A stretch of 64,000 nt of DNA. It comes from an uncultured archaeon. Its GTDB lineage: Archaea; Thermoproteota; Bathyarchaeia; Bathyarchaeales; Bathycorpusculaceae. A program made the position numbers and the translations under genes. The stretch is taken from contig CAWALK010000023.1 of assembly GCA_963782915.1 (NCBI GenBank), positions 64,001 to 128,000 of the forward strand. Reading direction: 5' to 3'. This document shows positions 50,656 to 60,271 of this stretch, in pieces; positions within the stretch are counted from its first letter, which is position 1, and each line of letters opens with the position of its first letter. Below the pieces are notes generated by a model, which did no database searches, was not told where the DNA came from, and was given only the letters and a program-made list of their open reading frames with translations.

Positions 50656-52636
50656 CTACTTGATTCGTTCTAACCTCAGAGTGTTGAGCAGTAGGAGCAT
50701 GGTTAAGCCGTCGTCGCCTGCCGCAACCGTAAACCACAGCGGCGTCAACCCCAAAAAGCCAAGTGTGCCTAAAACGAATTTTATGATTAGTGAGCCTGCG
50801 ATGTTTTGTTTGGCGATTACCATGGATTTTTGGCTCAGCTTGATTAGGTAGGGGATTTGTGCGAGTTCATCTTTTACCAACACTACATCCGCCGACTCCA
50901 AGGCGACGTCGACGCCTCGTGCACCCATTGCGATGCCTACATCTGAAGCTGCCAGTGCCGGAGCATCATTCACGCCGTCGCCGACCATTGCGACTAAGCC
51001 GTCTTTGCCCTTCATATCCTCGATGCACGCTAACTTGTCTTCGGGGAAAAGCTCAGAGTGCACATCATCAATCCCCAACGTGTAAGCGATTTCGTTGGCA
51101 ATCTCAGCCTTATCACCCGTTAACATTGCAGTTTTAACATTCTGCTTCTTTAACGCGTGAATGGACAGTAGGGCATCTTCTCGAACCTGATCAACAACGC
51201 AAACTGCAGCCAAACCCGTCTTGCCAACGGCAATACAAACAGCGGTGTGGGCGTCACCTGCCGCAATTTCAAAAGCCTCCGTGCAGTCGCAGCCAAATTC
51301 GCGCATCAACTCCACGTTACCAATAGCTACATGTTTACCGTTCACCATGCCGACTATGCCTTTGCCCGGAACCTCAATAACACCCGTCACCTCTACTTTG
51401 CTGAGATCAATGCCTCGCTCCATTGCTTTTCGCACGATGGCTTGTGCAATAGGATGGTTAGAAAACTGGTCGAGAGCCGCAGCATAAGTTAGGGCTTCAT
51501 TTTCGTCTTTAGTTGTATCCGGTCGCCTAATTTCGTGTACTGCTTGGCGCCCAAGAGTTAGAGTTCCGGTTTTGTCAAAAACAACGGTTTTTACTTTTGC
51601 AAGTTTTTCTATGAATACTCCGCCCTTGATGATTACACCTCTTTTAGCAGCCACAGTAATCGCTACAAAAATCGTTGCCGGAACAGAAATGATGAACGCG
51701 CTGGGACAGGACACCACCAGCAGCATCAGTGAACGGTAGAACCATGTTTCAAATCCTCCGCCAGCGATGTAGGGCATCGCAAGAGCAGTGAAAACCGCCA
51801 ATACGATGACTATGGGCACATAGATTTTTGCGAACCTATCCACCAAACGTTCAATGCCTGCTTTTCGTTTCTGTGATTCAATAACAAGCTGCACGATGCG
51901 GGATACGAGGGTTTCAGTGGATTTCTTAGTAACCTCGATTTTTAGGACGCCGCCGGTGTTTAGGGTTCCGGCGAAGACACAGTCGTTGACCCGTTTGGGT
52001 ACAGGCACCGATTCACCCGTCACCAAGGCTTGGTCAACATGCGAGAAACCGTCGGTAACATTGCCGTCCAAGTGGGATGCGTTCGCCGGGTTTAACAAGG
52101 ATGATTGTGCCTGTTTGCACTTCGGTTACGTTGATGCTTTCTTCTTTACCAGCGGCTAAGACGCGTGCTTTCTCCGGGATAACTTTGGAGATTGCCTCTA
52201 CGGTGCGTTTGGCTCTTTCTTGGATGTAGCCTTCAAAGTATTCTGCGATGCAGTAGAGGAACAGTACCGTGGCGGCTTCAAAACGGTAATCCAGTGCTAA
52301 GGCGCCTAAGCCTGCGACTGCCATGAGGAATTCTACGCTGAATCTGCGCTCGACAACGAGTTCTTTTAAGCCCACTACGCCGATGTAGATAGCTGCAGTC
52401 AGCACCGCAACGTAGTAGAGTATCAAGGATACGGTGGCTGGGAGGTTGATGATTGGGATTGTGAAGCCCAATGGGATGCCCTTGAAGAATATGTCCATTA
52501 TGCCTGCTACTAGGATTGTTAGGCCTAACCAAACGGCGAAGCCAACGAGTACCTTTTTGTTTTCTTCTTCTTCACCGATTACGGTTGTTTGCGGTTTTGG
52601 TTCTGGTTTTTCTTCGCAGGTTCCCATAACAATCAA
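50656..52636 (-). CDS. Heavy-metal P1B-type ATPase with SCP motif; frameshift near 52075
   Basis: TGES, VSCPSA, DKTGTLT, HP, TGD, GDGVNDAP. Confidence 0.9.
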
Positions 52637-52701
52637 ACTTTCAAAGGCACATTTTTGATATTAAGTTAGTGCTAAATCGCTATGCAAAAATATTAGTTAA
52701 C

Positions 52702-52728
52702 TATTAACAGTAAACTAAAATGTTAATA
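52702..52728. promoter_or_regulatory. Perfect palindrome TATTAACA-N11-TGTTAATA, candidate NikR operator
   Basis: Lies between the divergent P1B-ATPase and nikR starts. Confidence 0.6.
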
Positions 52729-52736
52729 AAAACCTA

Positions 52737-53147
52737 ATGGTGAACCAAACGACAGTAATCAGCATAACCCTACCACCCGAACTGCTACGGAAATTCGAAG
52801 ATTTCATGCAAACCAAAGGTTACTACAGCCGCTCAGAAGCCTTCCGCGACGCCGTCCGAGGCTTAATCTCAGAATCCGAATTAGCAGTGCTCAATTCAGA
52901 GAATGTAGCCGCCACGATTATGGTAACCTGCGATTACGAAAGAAAAGACGTTGACCTAAAGATGACCGAGTTGCGCCACGAATTCGACGATGTAGTCATC
53001 GAAAATGTGCATCGGCATATCGGTGAGAAGTATTGTTTGGAAATCTTCATTGCTCAAGGCAATAACAGCAGAATTTTGAATTTGGTTAATCGGTTGCGTG
53101 GGATGCATGGGATTTTGCAGGTTAAATCCATGTTCATGATGCTCTAA
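52737..53147 (+). CDS. nikR: Nickel-responsive regulator NikR family
   Basis: RHH domain ISITLP..LL..F....GY.SRSEA.RDA; His/Cys ligands RHEF, VHRH, YCLE. Confidence 0.85.
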   Translation: MVNQTTVISITLPPELLRKFEDFMQTKGYYSRSEAFRDAVRGLISESELAVLNSENVAATIMVTCDYERKDVDLKMTELRHEFDDVVIENVHRHIGEKYCLEIFIAQGNNSRILNLVNRLRGMHGILQVKSMFMML

Positions 53148-53213
53148 GTGCCAAGTGCCCCCAAATGTGCAAAGGATTAAATGCTATCAAAACAACCCAT
53201 ACCTTGTTGACCT

Positions 53214-54068
53214 ATGAAGCCAACAGCGTATACAGCAATTTTAGTTCTGGCGCTTCTGGTGGCATTGGCAGCCAGCGCTGTGTCCATATGTTCTTTTGCA
53301 TCTGCAAATCCCAGTGGCGAACCATTGCAGCTTTCAATGCCCATTGAACACATCAACTACACAATAACAACCATCAACGGGTCATTATGGGCAAAAATCG
53401 ACGGGTACTACCCAATAAGCATCCAAAACTCAGCCAGCGATATTCTGCCGATGCTTTATCCTATGCCGCCAAACTCCACCAACATCCACCTCTACTTGGG
53501 GGATCATGAGCTTGAATGGAGCAACTACACCCAAACGTATCCAGATTCACTGCACAGAACAGCGCTGGGGGATTGGTGGATGGTTTCGAGTGTTTTGGGG
53601 AATTTATCGGATTCTTTTTTGCTACAAATCCATTATGAGCATCCGTTGGAGCGGGTGAATGGCAGCTATGTTTTGCTCTATGACCTCAACATCGCCGATT
53701 ATTTGTCAGCGCAGAATCCAGATTCCACGGCTTACTTTACAGTGCGCTTTGAGGGCAATGTTTCGGATGTGCATGTTTACACTGCACCCCCAAACAGTTT
53801 GGCAAGCCAATGGCAACCCAAAGCTTTCGCATTCACCGCTGAAGGATTAACTTTTGAGGTGCATTCACAGTTTGGGGCGGATTTACCTGGCGATTTAGCA
53901 GTGGTCTTTTCAGATGGAACAAGCAGCAGTCAAAATGAGCAGCAGGGTGCATTGGAGCCAACATGGGTTATCCCAGTAGTGTTAGACATAATTCTAATAG
54001 CAATACTGCTCTATGCAAAACGAAAAACAGTACTCTCAGCGTTTTCTTCGAGGAAAACCCCTACTTAA
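53214..54068 (+). CDS. Secreted membrane-anchored hypothetical protein
   Basis: Signal peptide, C-terminal TM followed by KRK. Confidence 0.7.
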   Translation: MKPTAYTAILVLALLVALAASAVSICSFASANPSGEPLQLSMPIEHINYTITTINGSLWAKIDGYYPISIQNSASDILPMLYPMPPNSTNIHLYLGDHELEWSNYTQTYPDSLHRTALGDWWMVSSVLGNLSDSFLLQIHYEHPLERVNGSYVLLYDLNIADYLSAQNPDSTAYFTVRFEGNVSDVHVYTAPPNSLASQWQPKAFAFTAEGLTFEVHSQFGADLPGDLAVVFSDGTSSSQNEQQGALEPTWVIPVVLDIILIAILLYAKRKTVLSAFSSRKTPT

Positions 54069-54369
54069 GCAGCACTTAGGTTTGATTCGCCTCAAGGCAG
54101 CTTTATCTTGATTGTTTATTGTTTGCCGCGAGCCCGACTGCGCGTTTCCGATAAGTTGGTACGTCGAACTCGAAGAGCGGAGTTTTCCTCACCAAAGTTC
54201 TCTCCAACCTAGCCATGTTGGTTTGTGTTTAAAACAGTTTCGATTCAGCATATATTATTTTACCATACTTGCGTATACCAAAAATTGCCTTTGATTGCAT
54301 TGTTTGCCTCTTTTATGCTATGTGCTAACATGTTTACTATGCAGACAAGCCTGAGCGTCGTTTGCGATT

Positions 54370-54630
54370 TTTTCTCTATCCCCCTTATTTATAGGCTCAA
54401 TGTGTGCAGACAAACAAGAGAGGGAGTGGGCGTTTGTTGGTTATGCACGGCTTTTTCTATGCGACTGCTAAGGGGCATCTGCGGTTCTAGGCAGTTGTGC
54501 CGAGAATAGGGGTTTTGGGTTATAACACGGGATTTGTTGCTTTGCCAAGACCTCCCTATCCCCTATAAAAAGGACAAAAGAGGAGACCTACCTACCTCAG
54601 AGGTACCTCCCCCTCCCTTATTTAAAGCTC
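54370..54630 (+). repeat. Dispersed intergenic repeat with three C-rich/TATA cores
   Basis: 54536-54622 matches the reverse complement of 20100-20183 (CCCTATCCCCTATAAAAAG...AGACCTACCTACCTCAGAG...CCCCTCCCTTAT). Confidence 0.8.
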
Positions 54631-54709
54631 AAAACATGTAAGTGAACTATTGTGAAGTTCAGCTACAGAAGATTAGTGCATTTTTGAAAAAGGGTTGATG
54701 ATGTCCTTC

Positions 54710-54859
54710 TTACATGAAGGACTTCAAGTAGCATTCTTCATGCCGTACAGCCGTACTCTTCCTTGTAGCTACACGCTGGCCTTCAAGGATGGGTTGATGG
54801 CAGATTAAACAGAAATTTCGTCCTTTCTTTTGGGTTCTCAATATGAGTCTATGGTTCAT
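54710..54859 (-). CDS. 49-aa putative zinc-finger protein (not in ORF track)
   Basis: MNHRLILRTQKKGRNFCLICHQPILEGQRVATRKSTAVRHEECYLKSFM* (CxxC...HxxC). Confidence 0.55.
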   Translation of the reverse strand: MNHRLILRTQKKGRNFCLICHQPILEGQRVATRKSTAVRHEECYLKSFM

Positions 54860-54925
54860 GATATAGTGGTTTGTCGCCATGTTACTCACTGAAAACAGCT
54901 TCTTTGAAATCGAATAAGAGGGTTT

Positions 54926-55013
54926 TTGTCAAGGTTTGTGGACTAAGGGTTAGTCAAGGTTTCTTGACTAAGTTTTTACGTTTCTGGACTAACGTTTTGG
55001 TTTGTGGACTAAC
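54926..55013. promoter_or_regulatory. GTCAAG/CTTGAC palindrome cluster with four GACTAA direct repeats
   Basis: TAGTCAAG-GTTT-CTTGACTA at 54951-54970; same motif as the junctions at 5.8-11.5 kb. Confidence 0.65.
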
Positions 55014-55081
55014 TTTTTTTGATGGTAAAGCGAATGGTTTTAGTCCCTTTAGCGTTCATATTATGGGATAGTGAAAGTTCG

Positions 55082-55963
55082 GTGCCGCTCATCTCCAGCT
55101 TTGACCCATGGCGTTCAGGCCTCTGCACATGCCCACCCAAACTCACCTTCAATCCCTATACGGGGTGTGACCACGGTTGCCTCTACTGCTACGCCACCAG
55201 CTACATCCCAAACCACAAAGAGTGCCACCCCAAAAAAGACCTCATAGCCACGCTGAAACGGGAAGCGGCTAAACTCAGTGGCGAAACCATATCCATCGCC
55301 AACTCATCCGACCCCTACCCCCGCGCTGAAGCATCCGAGTGCCAAACACGCCGCTGCCTTGAGGTTTTAGCTGAGAGTAACTGTAGAATCCAAATCATAA
55401 CCAAAAGCAACCTCGTCGCCCGAGACGACGACCTACTCTGCAAAGTGCCTGCGACGGTTGCGTTAACGATAACAACCGATAACGAGTTTTTAGCCAAAAT
55501 CATAGAACCACACGCACCAACGCCCTCCCAGCGCATAAGAGCCGCACAGGACCTCATCAAAGCAGGCGTACCTGTCTCAGTACGAATCGACCCCATAATC
55601 CCAAACATAAACGATCAACCGCAAAAACTCATCAAAACCCTCGCTGACATAGGCGTCAAACACATAACCTGCTCAACGTATAAGGCTAAACCTGACAATT
55701 GGGCTCGACTATACACGGCTATGCCCAAACTGATGGAGCAACTTAAACCGCTGTATTTTGTGCAAGGCGAAAAAGTCGGCGGCAGCGCACTTCTACCCGC
55801 TGATTACCGCTTTAAGCTCCTCAAAGGTGTTCGCGATTCTGTGTTGGCGTCCGGAATGCAGTTTGGGGTTTGCCGAGAAGGACTGCATGGGTTAAGTACG
55901 GCAGCGTGTGACGGTTCATGGCTGCTGCCCAATAAGGAGGATAAACAATGCAAGCTCGCATAG
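55082..55963 (+). CDS. Radical SAM protein, SPL-like family
   Basis: NPYTGCDHGCLYCY, SDPYP, ITKS, RIDPIIP. Confidence 0.88.
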   Translation: MPLISSFDPWRSGLCTCPPKLTFNPYTGCDHGCLYCYATSYIPNHKECHPKKDLIATLKREAAKLSGETISIANSSDPYPRAEASECQTRRCLEVLAESNCRIQIITKSNLVARDDDLLCKVPATVALTITTDNEFLAKIIEPHAPTPSQRIRAAQDLIKAGVPVSVRIDPIIPNINDQPQKLIKTLADIGVKHITCSTYKAKPDNWARLYTAMPKLMEQLKPLYFVQGEKVGGSALLPADYRFKLLKGVRDSVLASGMQFGVCREGLHGLSTAACDGSWLLPNKEDKQCKLA

Positions 55964-57015
55964 TAATGCTAGCGGACTTCGATTATTTCTTTGCCCAATG
56001 CGAAGAACTCCGAAACCCCGCAATCAAAGACAAACCCATAGTCGTCGGCGTCTACTCGGGGCGAACGGAAGAAAGCGGAGCCGTATCAACAAGCAACTAC
56101 ATCGCCCGCAAATATGGCGTCAAATCGGGGCTGCCCCTGTTTATGGCTAAAAAGAAACTGGAGGGCTTAGACCCAGTCTTCTTCCACGTTGACCATGAAT
56201 ACTACGACCAAATCAGCAACCGCATCATGGATATTTTCAGAACTTACGCGACTGCCCTTGAACAAGTCAGCGTGGACGAGGCTTACTTGGATGTTACAGC
56301 ACAAGTTGAGGGCAGCTTCGAAAAAGCCCGCGACTACGCCCAAAAAATCAAGGCAGACGTGAAAGCGCAGGTTGGAATATCCTTCACCATCGGCGTCGGA
56401 CCCAACAAGCTTATCGCCAAAATCGCTTGCGACAGCCAGAAACCCGACGGCTTAACCATAGTTAAACCCGAAGACGCCCAAAGTTTCCTTGCGCCGCTCC
56501 CAGTTGACCGCCTGATGGGTGTGGGGAAGAAGACGACTGTGCGCATGGAGCAGATGGGCATAAAAACCATCGGGGACCTCGCCAAATACGATTGCCAAGT
56601 GCTCATCGAAGTCTTCGGCAAAGTCATGGGCATCTACTTCCACAACGCAGCCAACGCAGTCGATAACGAACCTGTGCAGGAGCAAGGGGAAGCTGAATCC
56701 ATCAGCAAAATCGGCACACTCAAGGCAGATACGCATGATTTAGAGTTTATTCTGCAGAAAACCGATGAATTAACCGAGTTTGTCTACAAAGAAGTCTCTG
56801 AGAAGGGCTACAGTTTCAAGACAGTCTCGATTTATGTGGTTAATGTAGATTTAAGCAGCAAAACCCGCTCCATAACACTTGAGCAACCTGCTAAGGATAA
56901 AGAAACCATCAAACGCAACGTTCAAGCCTTGTTTGAAAAGTTCCTGGCAGAATCACCCCTTGAAATCCGAAGGGTCGGCGTAAAAGTTTCTGGGTTTCAG
57001 CAAAGAGGAGTCTAA
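55948..57015 (+). CDS. dinB: Y-family DNA polymerase IV
   Basis: DFDYFFAQCE, SNY.AR..GV.SG, SVDEAYLD, AKIA....KPDG. Confidence 0.95.
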   Translation: MQARIVMLADFDYFFAQCEELRNPAIKDKPIVVGVYSGRTEESGAVSTSNYIARKYGVKSGLPLFMAKKKLEGLDPVFFHVDHEYYDQISNRIMDIFRTYATALEQVSVDEAYLDVTAQVEGSFEKARDYAQKIKADVKAQVGISFTIGVGPNKLIAKIACDSQKPDGLTIVKPEDAQSFLAPLPVDRLMGVGKKTTVRMEQMGIKTIGDLAKYDCQVLIEVFGKVMGIYFHNAANAVDNEPVQEQGEAESISKIGTLKADTHDLEFILQKTDELTEFVYKEVSEKGYSFKTVSIYVVNVDLSSKTRSITLEQPAKDKETIKRNVQALFEKFLAESPLEIRRVGVKVSGFQQRGV

Positions 57016-57054
57016 GCAGAAAGCTGTTTGAGCTTTTTCTCAAGATAGGGCAAT

Positions 57055-58407
57055 TTAGCGCTTTTTCCTGAAAAAAATGAAAACACCAACAATGGATAGT
57101 GAAAGAATCAACAATACCACTACGAGTGTTAAGTATTCTAATGGTGTAGAAAACAACGATAGTGAAGGGGACTGCTTTAATGTAGGTGAAGGTGTCGATG
57201 CAGGCAGGTCCGCCTGTATTTTAGTTAAATAAAACTGTAAACCTGAAGCCCTTAACTGCCATTGGCCGCCAACTACAAAGTTGCCATCGGCAGATTCAAT
57301 GAAACAATTCTCATAGTAGCCGTAGCGACCACGATCTCCATATGTTTGGTTCCACTGCAAATTTCCGAATGAATCAGTTTTAACTATCCATATCTGTCGA
57401 TAATCTGAGACTCCAGCAAAAGCTAACCCGCCGTCACTGGTTTGAATCACAGAATTTAGGGTAGGAGAAGCGCCGTTTGGAAGAATGGGTGAGCTTGCGT
57501 TATTGTAGGTTTGAATCCATTCTATGGCACCCTCAGAGTCTGTTTTAATTGCTGTTGCCGCTCCCTGTGTCCAAACCCATTGTGTAGAGGATACCAAGAC
57601 AGGGCTTGTGTTATATGTAAAAACGTATCCTCCATCGCTGGTTTGAACAATCGATTTGTCGGTTGATGTAGATAGGCCTATGTTGTAGGTTTTTCTCCAA
57701 ACGAAGCCGCCATCAGCATTTATTTTTAGCAGTAAGAGCTCTTTAGAGTTTACGTCGGTCCGTGAGGTATTGTCGGCATTTGTGTAGCCAACTATTGTAT
57801 AGTTACCATCGGTTGTCTGTATTAGCTGGGATGAAACGTCGCTTATTCCTTCATCGTATGTGGTTTCCCACATTGATTTGCCTTCTGAGTCGGTCTTAAT
57901 GAAACCGATTTTTTTGGAAAGAACATCATAATTAGTTATTGTTTCCGATAATGCAAAGCCTCCGTCTGCTATCTGTACAATCGAATCAATTTCGCCATTC
58001 TTGGAAAGAGAGCGCCTCCACTGCATGTTCCCGCTTGAATCCACTTTGACAAGATCACCGTTGACTACAGTTACGTAGCTGCCATCGCTTGTCTGAGCCA
58101 AACCCGCAATTGTAGTTGAGCCGTCAAATTCTTTTTGCCACTCAACACTACCTGTACTATTTACTTTGTAAAGAATAACGCTTGGAGCAACTCCCGTGCC
58201 ATAGGGAACGTTTGGAGCAACAAACGCGTATCCACCGTCGATAGTTTGAATTAGGGCTTTCATTTCGTTTCCCTGATACGCTTCATTGTAGTATTGCTCC
58301 CACTGCAGTGAATGCTGATTATTACTTTGAGCAGAATTCAACTCAGGCACTGAAAATAACAGAACTAGAAGCGCCAACGCTGCAACTAGGCATCGTTTTG
58401 ATAGCAT
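57055..58407 (-). CDS. Secreted beta-propeller-repeat protein (QT.DGGY / KTDS.G..W repeats) with TM anchor
   Basis: Signal peptide, repeated IQTxDGG motifs, TM-RKKR. Confidence 0.82.
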   Translation of the reverse strand: MLSKRCLVAALALLVLLFSVPELNSAQSNNQHSLQWEQYYNEAYQGNEMKALIQTIDGGYAFVAPNVPYGTGVAPSVILYKVNSTGSVEWQKEFDGSTTIAGLAQTSDGSYVTVVNGDLVKVDSSGNMQWRRSLSKNGEIDSIVQIADGGFALSETITNYDVLSKKIGFIKTDSEGKSMWETTYDEGISDVSSQLIQTTDGNYTIVGYTNADNTSRTDVNSKELLLLKINADGGFVWRKTYNIGLSTSTDKSIVQTSDGGYVFTYNTSPVLVSSTQWVWTQGAATAIKTDSEGAIEWIQTYNNASSPILPNGASPTLNSVIQTSDGGLAFAGVSDYRQIWIVKTDSFGNLQWNQTYGDRGRYGYYENCFIESADGNFVVGGQWQLRASGLQFYLTKIQADLPASTPSPTLKQSPSLSLFSTPLEYLTLVVVLLILSLSIVGVFIFFRKKR

Positions 58408-58526
58408 ATTCGAGTTTAAGACATTGAATCCTTATAACGTTAACTAAGAGGAGCCCAAACAAGACAGAAGTCTTAATGACTTTTAAAATTCCTAAAAATA
58501 AGAAAAAAAGCTGATTTAGCTGCTGC

Positions 58527-58960
58527 TCTTCGGCAAAGTCATGGGCATCTACTTCCACAACGCAGCCAACGCAGTCGATAACGAACCCGTCGTGGAGCAG
58601 GGCGAAGCAGAATCCATCAGCAAAATCGGCACCCTCAAGGCAGATACGCACGATTTAGACTTTATCCTGCAGAAAACCGATGAATTAACCGAGTTTGTCT
58701 ACAAAGAAGTCTCTGAGAAGGGCTACAGTTTCAAGACAGTGTCGATTTATGTGGTTAATGTAGATTTAAGCAGCAAAACCCGCTCCATAACACTTGAGCA
58801 ACCTGCTAAGGATAAAGAAACCATCAAACGCAACGTTCAAGCCTTGTTTGAAAAGTTCCTCGCAGAATCACCCCTTGAAATCCGAAGAGTCGGCGTAAAA
58901 GTATCTGGATTTAGTAAAGAGGAGCCTAAACAGAAGCAGTTGAGCTTTTTCTTTGGATAA
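58527..58960 (+). pseudogene. Duplicated 3' third of dinB with intact PIP-box-like tail
   Basis: Near-identical to 56612-57018 with mostly synonymous differences; ends KQKQLSFFFG. Confidence 0.85.
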
Positions 58961-58991
58961 AATGGAAAAAGGAAAATATTTTGGGTTTAGT

Positions 58992-59219
58992 TTATTTGAG
59001 CGCTAATATGCCGTCTTTAACTTTTTCGCCCACAACTTGCCCCAAGACAAGTTGGGTTCCAATCTGCGCCCATTTTGCAAGCTCATCCATATCGCTTTTT
59101 TGGAGTTGTGCTGGTTCCTTTTTTAGGTGAGATTTGCATTGGCGTTCAAGGAAGCCTTTAGCGGCTGGTCCCATCTGTTTGGTTAGTACTGAGAGGCATT
59201 GTTGCTCAAGAGTGGACAT
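58992..59219 (-). CDS. Small helical hypothetical protein
   Basis: 75-aa ORF starting 1 bp after the HAMP gene. Confidence 0.65.
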   Translation of the reverse strand: MSTLEQQCLSVLTKQMGPAAKGFLERQCKSHLKKEPAQLQKSDMDELAKWAQIGTQLVLGQVVGEKVKDGILALK

Positions 59220-59220
59220 T

Positions 59221-60036
59221 TTAGGCTTGCTCCTCTTGGTTCATGGCTGTTGTCATTTTGAATGCGTTGATCATGCGTTGGAATGCTTCTCCTAGTTCGC
59301 TGATTTCGTCTTTTGTGTTGATTTTGATTTCGTGGTCTAGTTCGCCCATGCTTACTTTGCCTGCGATGTCTGTTAGTTTCTTGAGTGGATCAGTCATGCG
59401 TTTGCCCATTACTAATGCCATGGTGATTGATACTCCAGCGATTACTGTGATTCCGACTGCTGAGAGTGTAACGCTAAAGCTTGCGTAACTTGCTGCTTCT
59501 GCGGTTGCTGCTTGAATGTTTTCAACGATTAAGAGCTGGAAGTTGTCTAGGTTTGCGGTGACTTCGCGGACTGCGTCAGTGATGATTTTTGTTTGTGCTG
59601 CTACTTCAGCTACGTTTTGTGCACTGTAAGCAGCAACTAATTTCTCGACAGCTGGTGTAATTATGGTTGAATCGATTTGATTGCAGGTGTTGAATACAGT
59701 GGATAGTGTTGAACCTGCGGGTAAGTTATCGACTAGATAAGTTGAAGTTGCGGCGGTTAATGTTTGTCCTGTTTGTGTGTCTGTTATTGCGCTTGTAGGA
59801 TCGGATGCAAGTTCGCCAACACCTTGGCTTCTTAAGGTGAAACCTTTTTCGTAAGCGGTGGCGTAGTTGCCGATTTCTACTTGTTTGTTTACGTTGGCTT
59901 GGATGTCATTCATTTTCATGGTGTTTACGGTTATAGCGGCGCCTATGCCGATAAAGAGCGCGACTATTAGCATGTAGGATATTAGCATTTTACTTTTAAT
60001 TTTCACGTATGTGTTCCCCCGATTGTATTGTCTCAT
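59221..60036 (-). CDS. Membrane sensor with extracellular helical domain and HAMP, no output domain
   Basis: TM-helical-TM followed by TDPLKKL...A.KVS.GELD..I....KDEISEL..AF.RM. Confidence 0.85.
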   Translation of the reverse strand: MRQYNRGNTYVKIKSKMLISYMLIVALFIGIGAAITVNTMKMNDIQANVNKQVEIGNYATAYEKGFTLRSQGVGELASDPTSAITDTQTGQTLTAATSTYLVDNLPAGSTLSTVFNTCNQIDSTIITPAVEKLVAAYSAQNVAEVAAQTKIITDAVREVTANLDNFQLLIVENIQAATAEAASYASFSVTLSAVGITVIAGVSITMALVMGKRMTDPLKKLTDIAGKVSMGELDHEIKINTKDEISELGEAFQRMINAFKMTTAMNQEEQA

Positions 60037-60271
60037 TAACGGGGTAATCAGAACTATATCTCTTATGAAAGATTAACCTATTTTCAAAATATGAATTAAA
60101 AATATCAAAATAATGCAACTATTCAGCTCCAAATATTATTGCAAACAAACGATGTCAATCGAAAACAACCCGTAACAAGGCATGTTTCCTCAAACGCAGT
60201 GAATACAATGCCAACCATCAAAAGACAAACTTTATCACCTCAACTCACAAAATACCATTGAGGTTCAAACT

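Noticed and set aside
56612-58960. dinB duplication as a DGR template/variable repeat pair
   Set aside because: The differences are mostly synonymous and not adenine-specific, and there is no reverse transcriptase.
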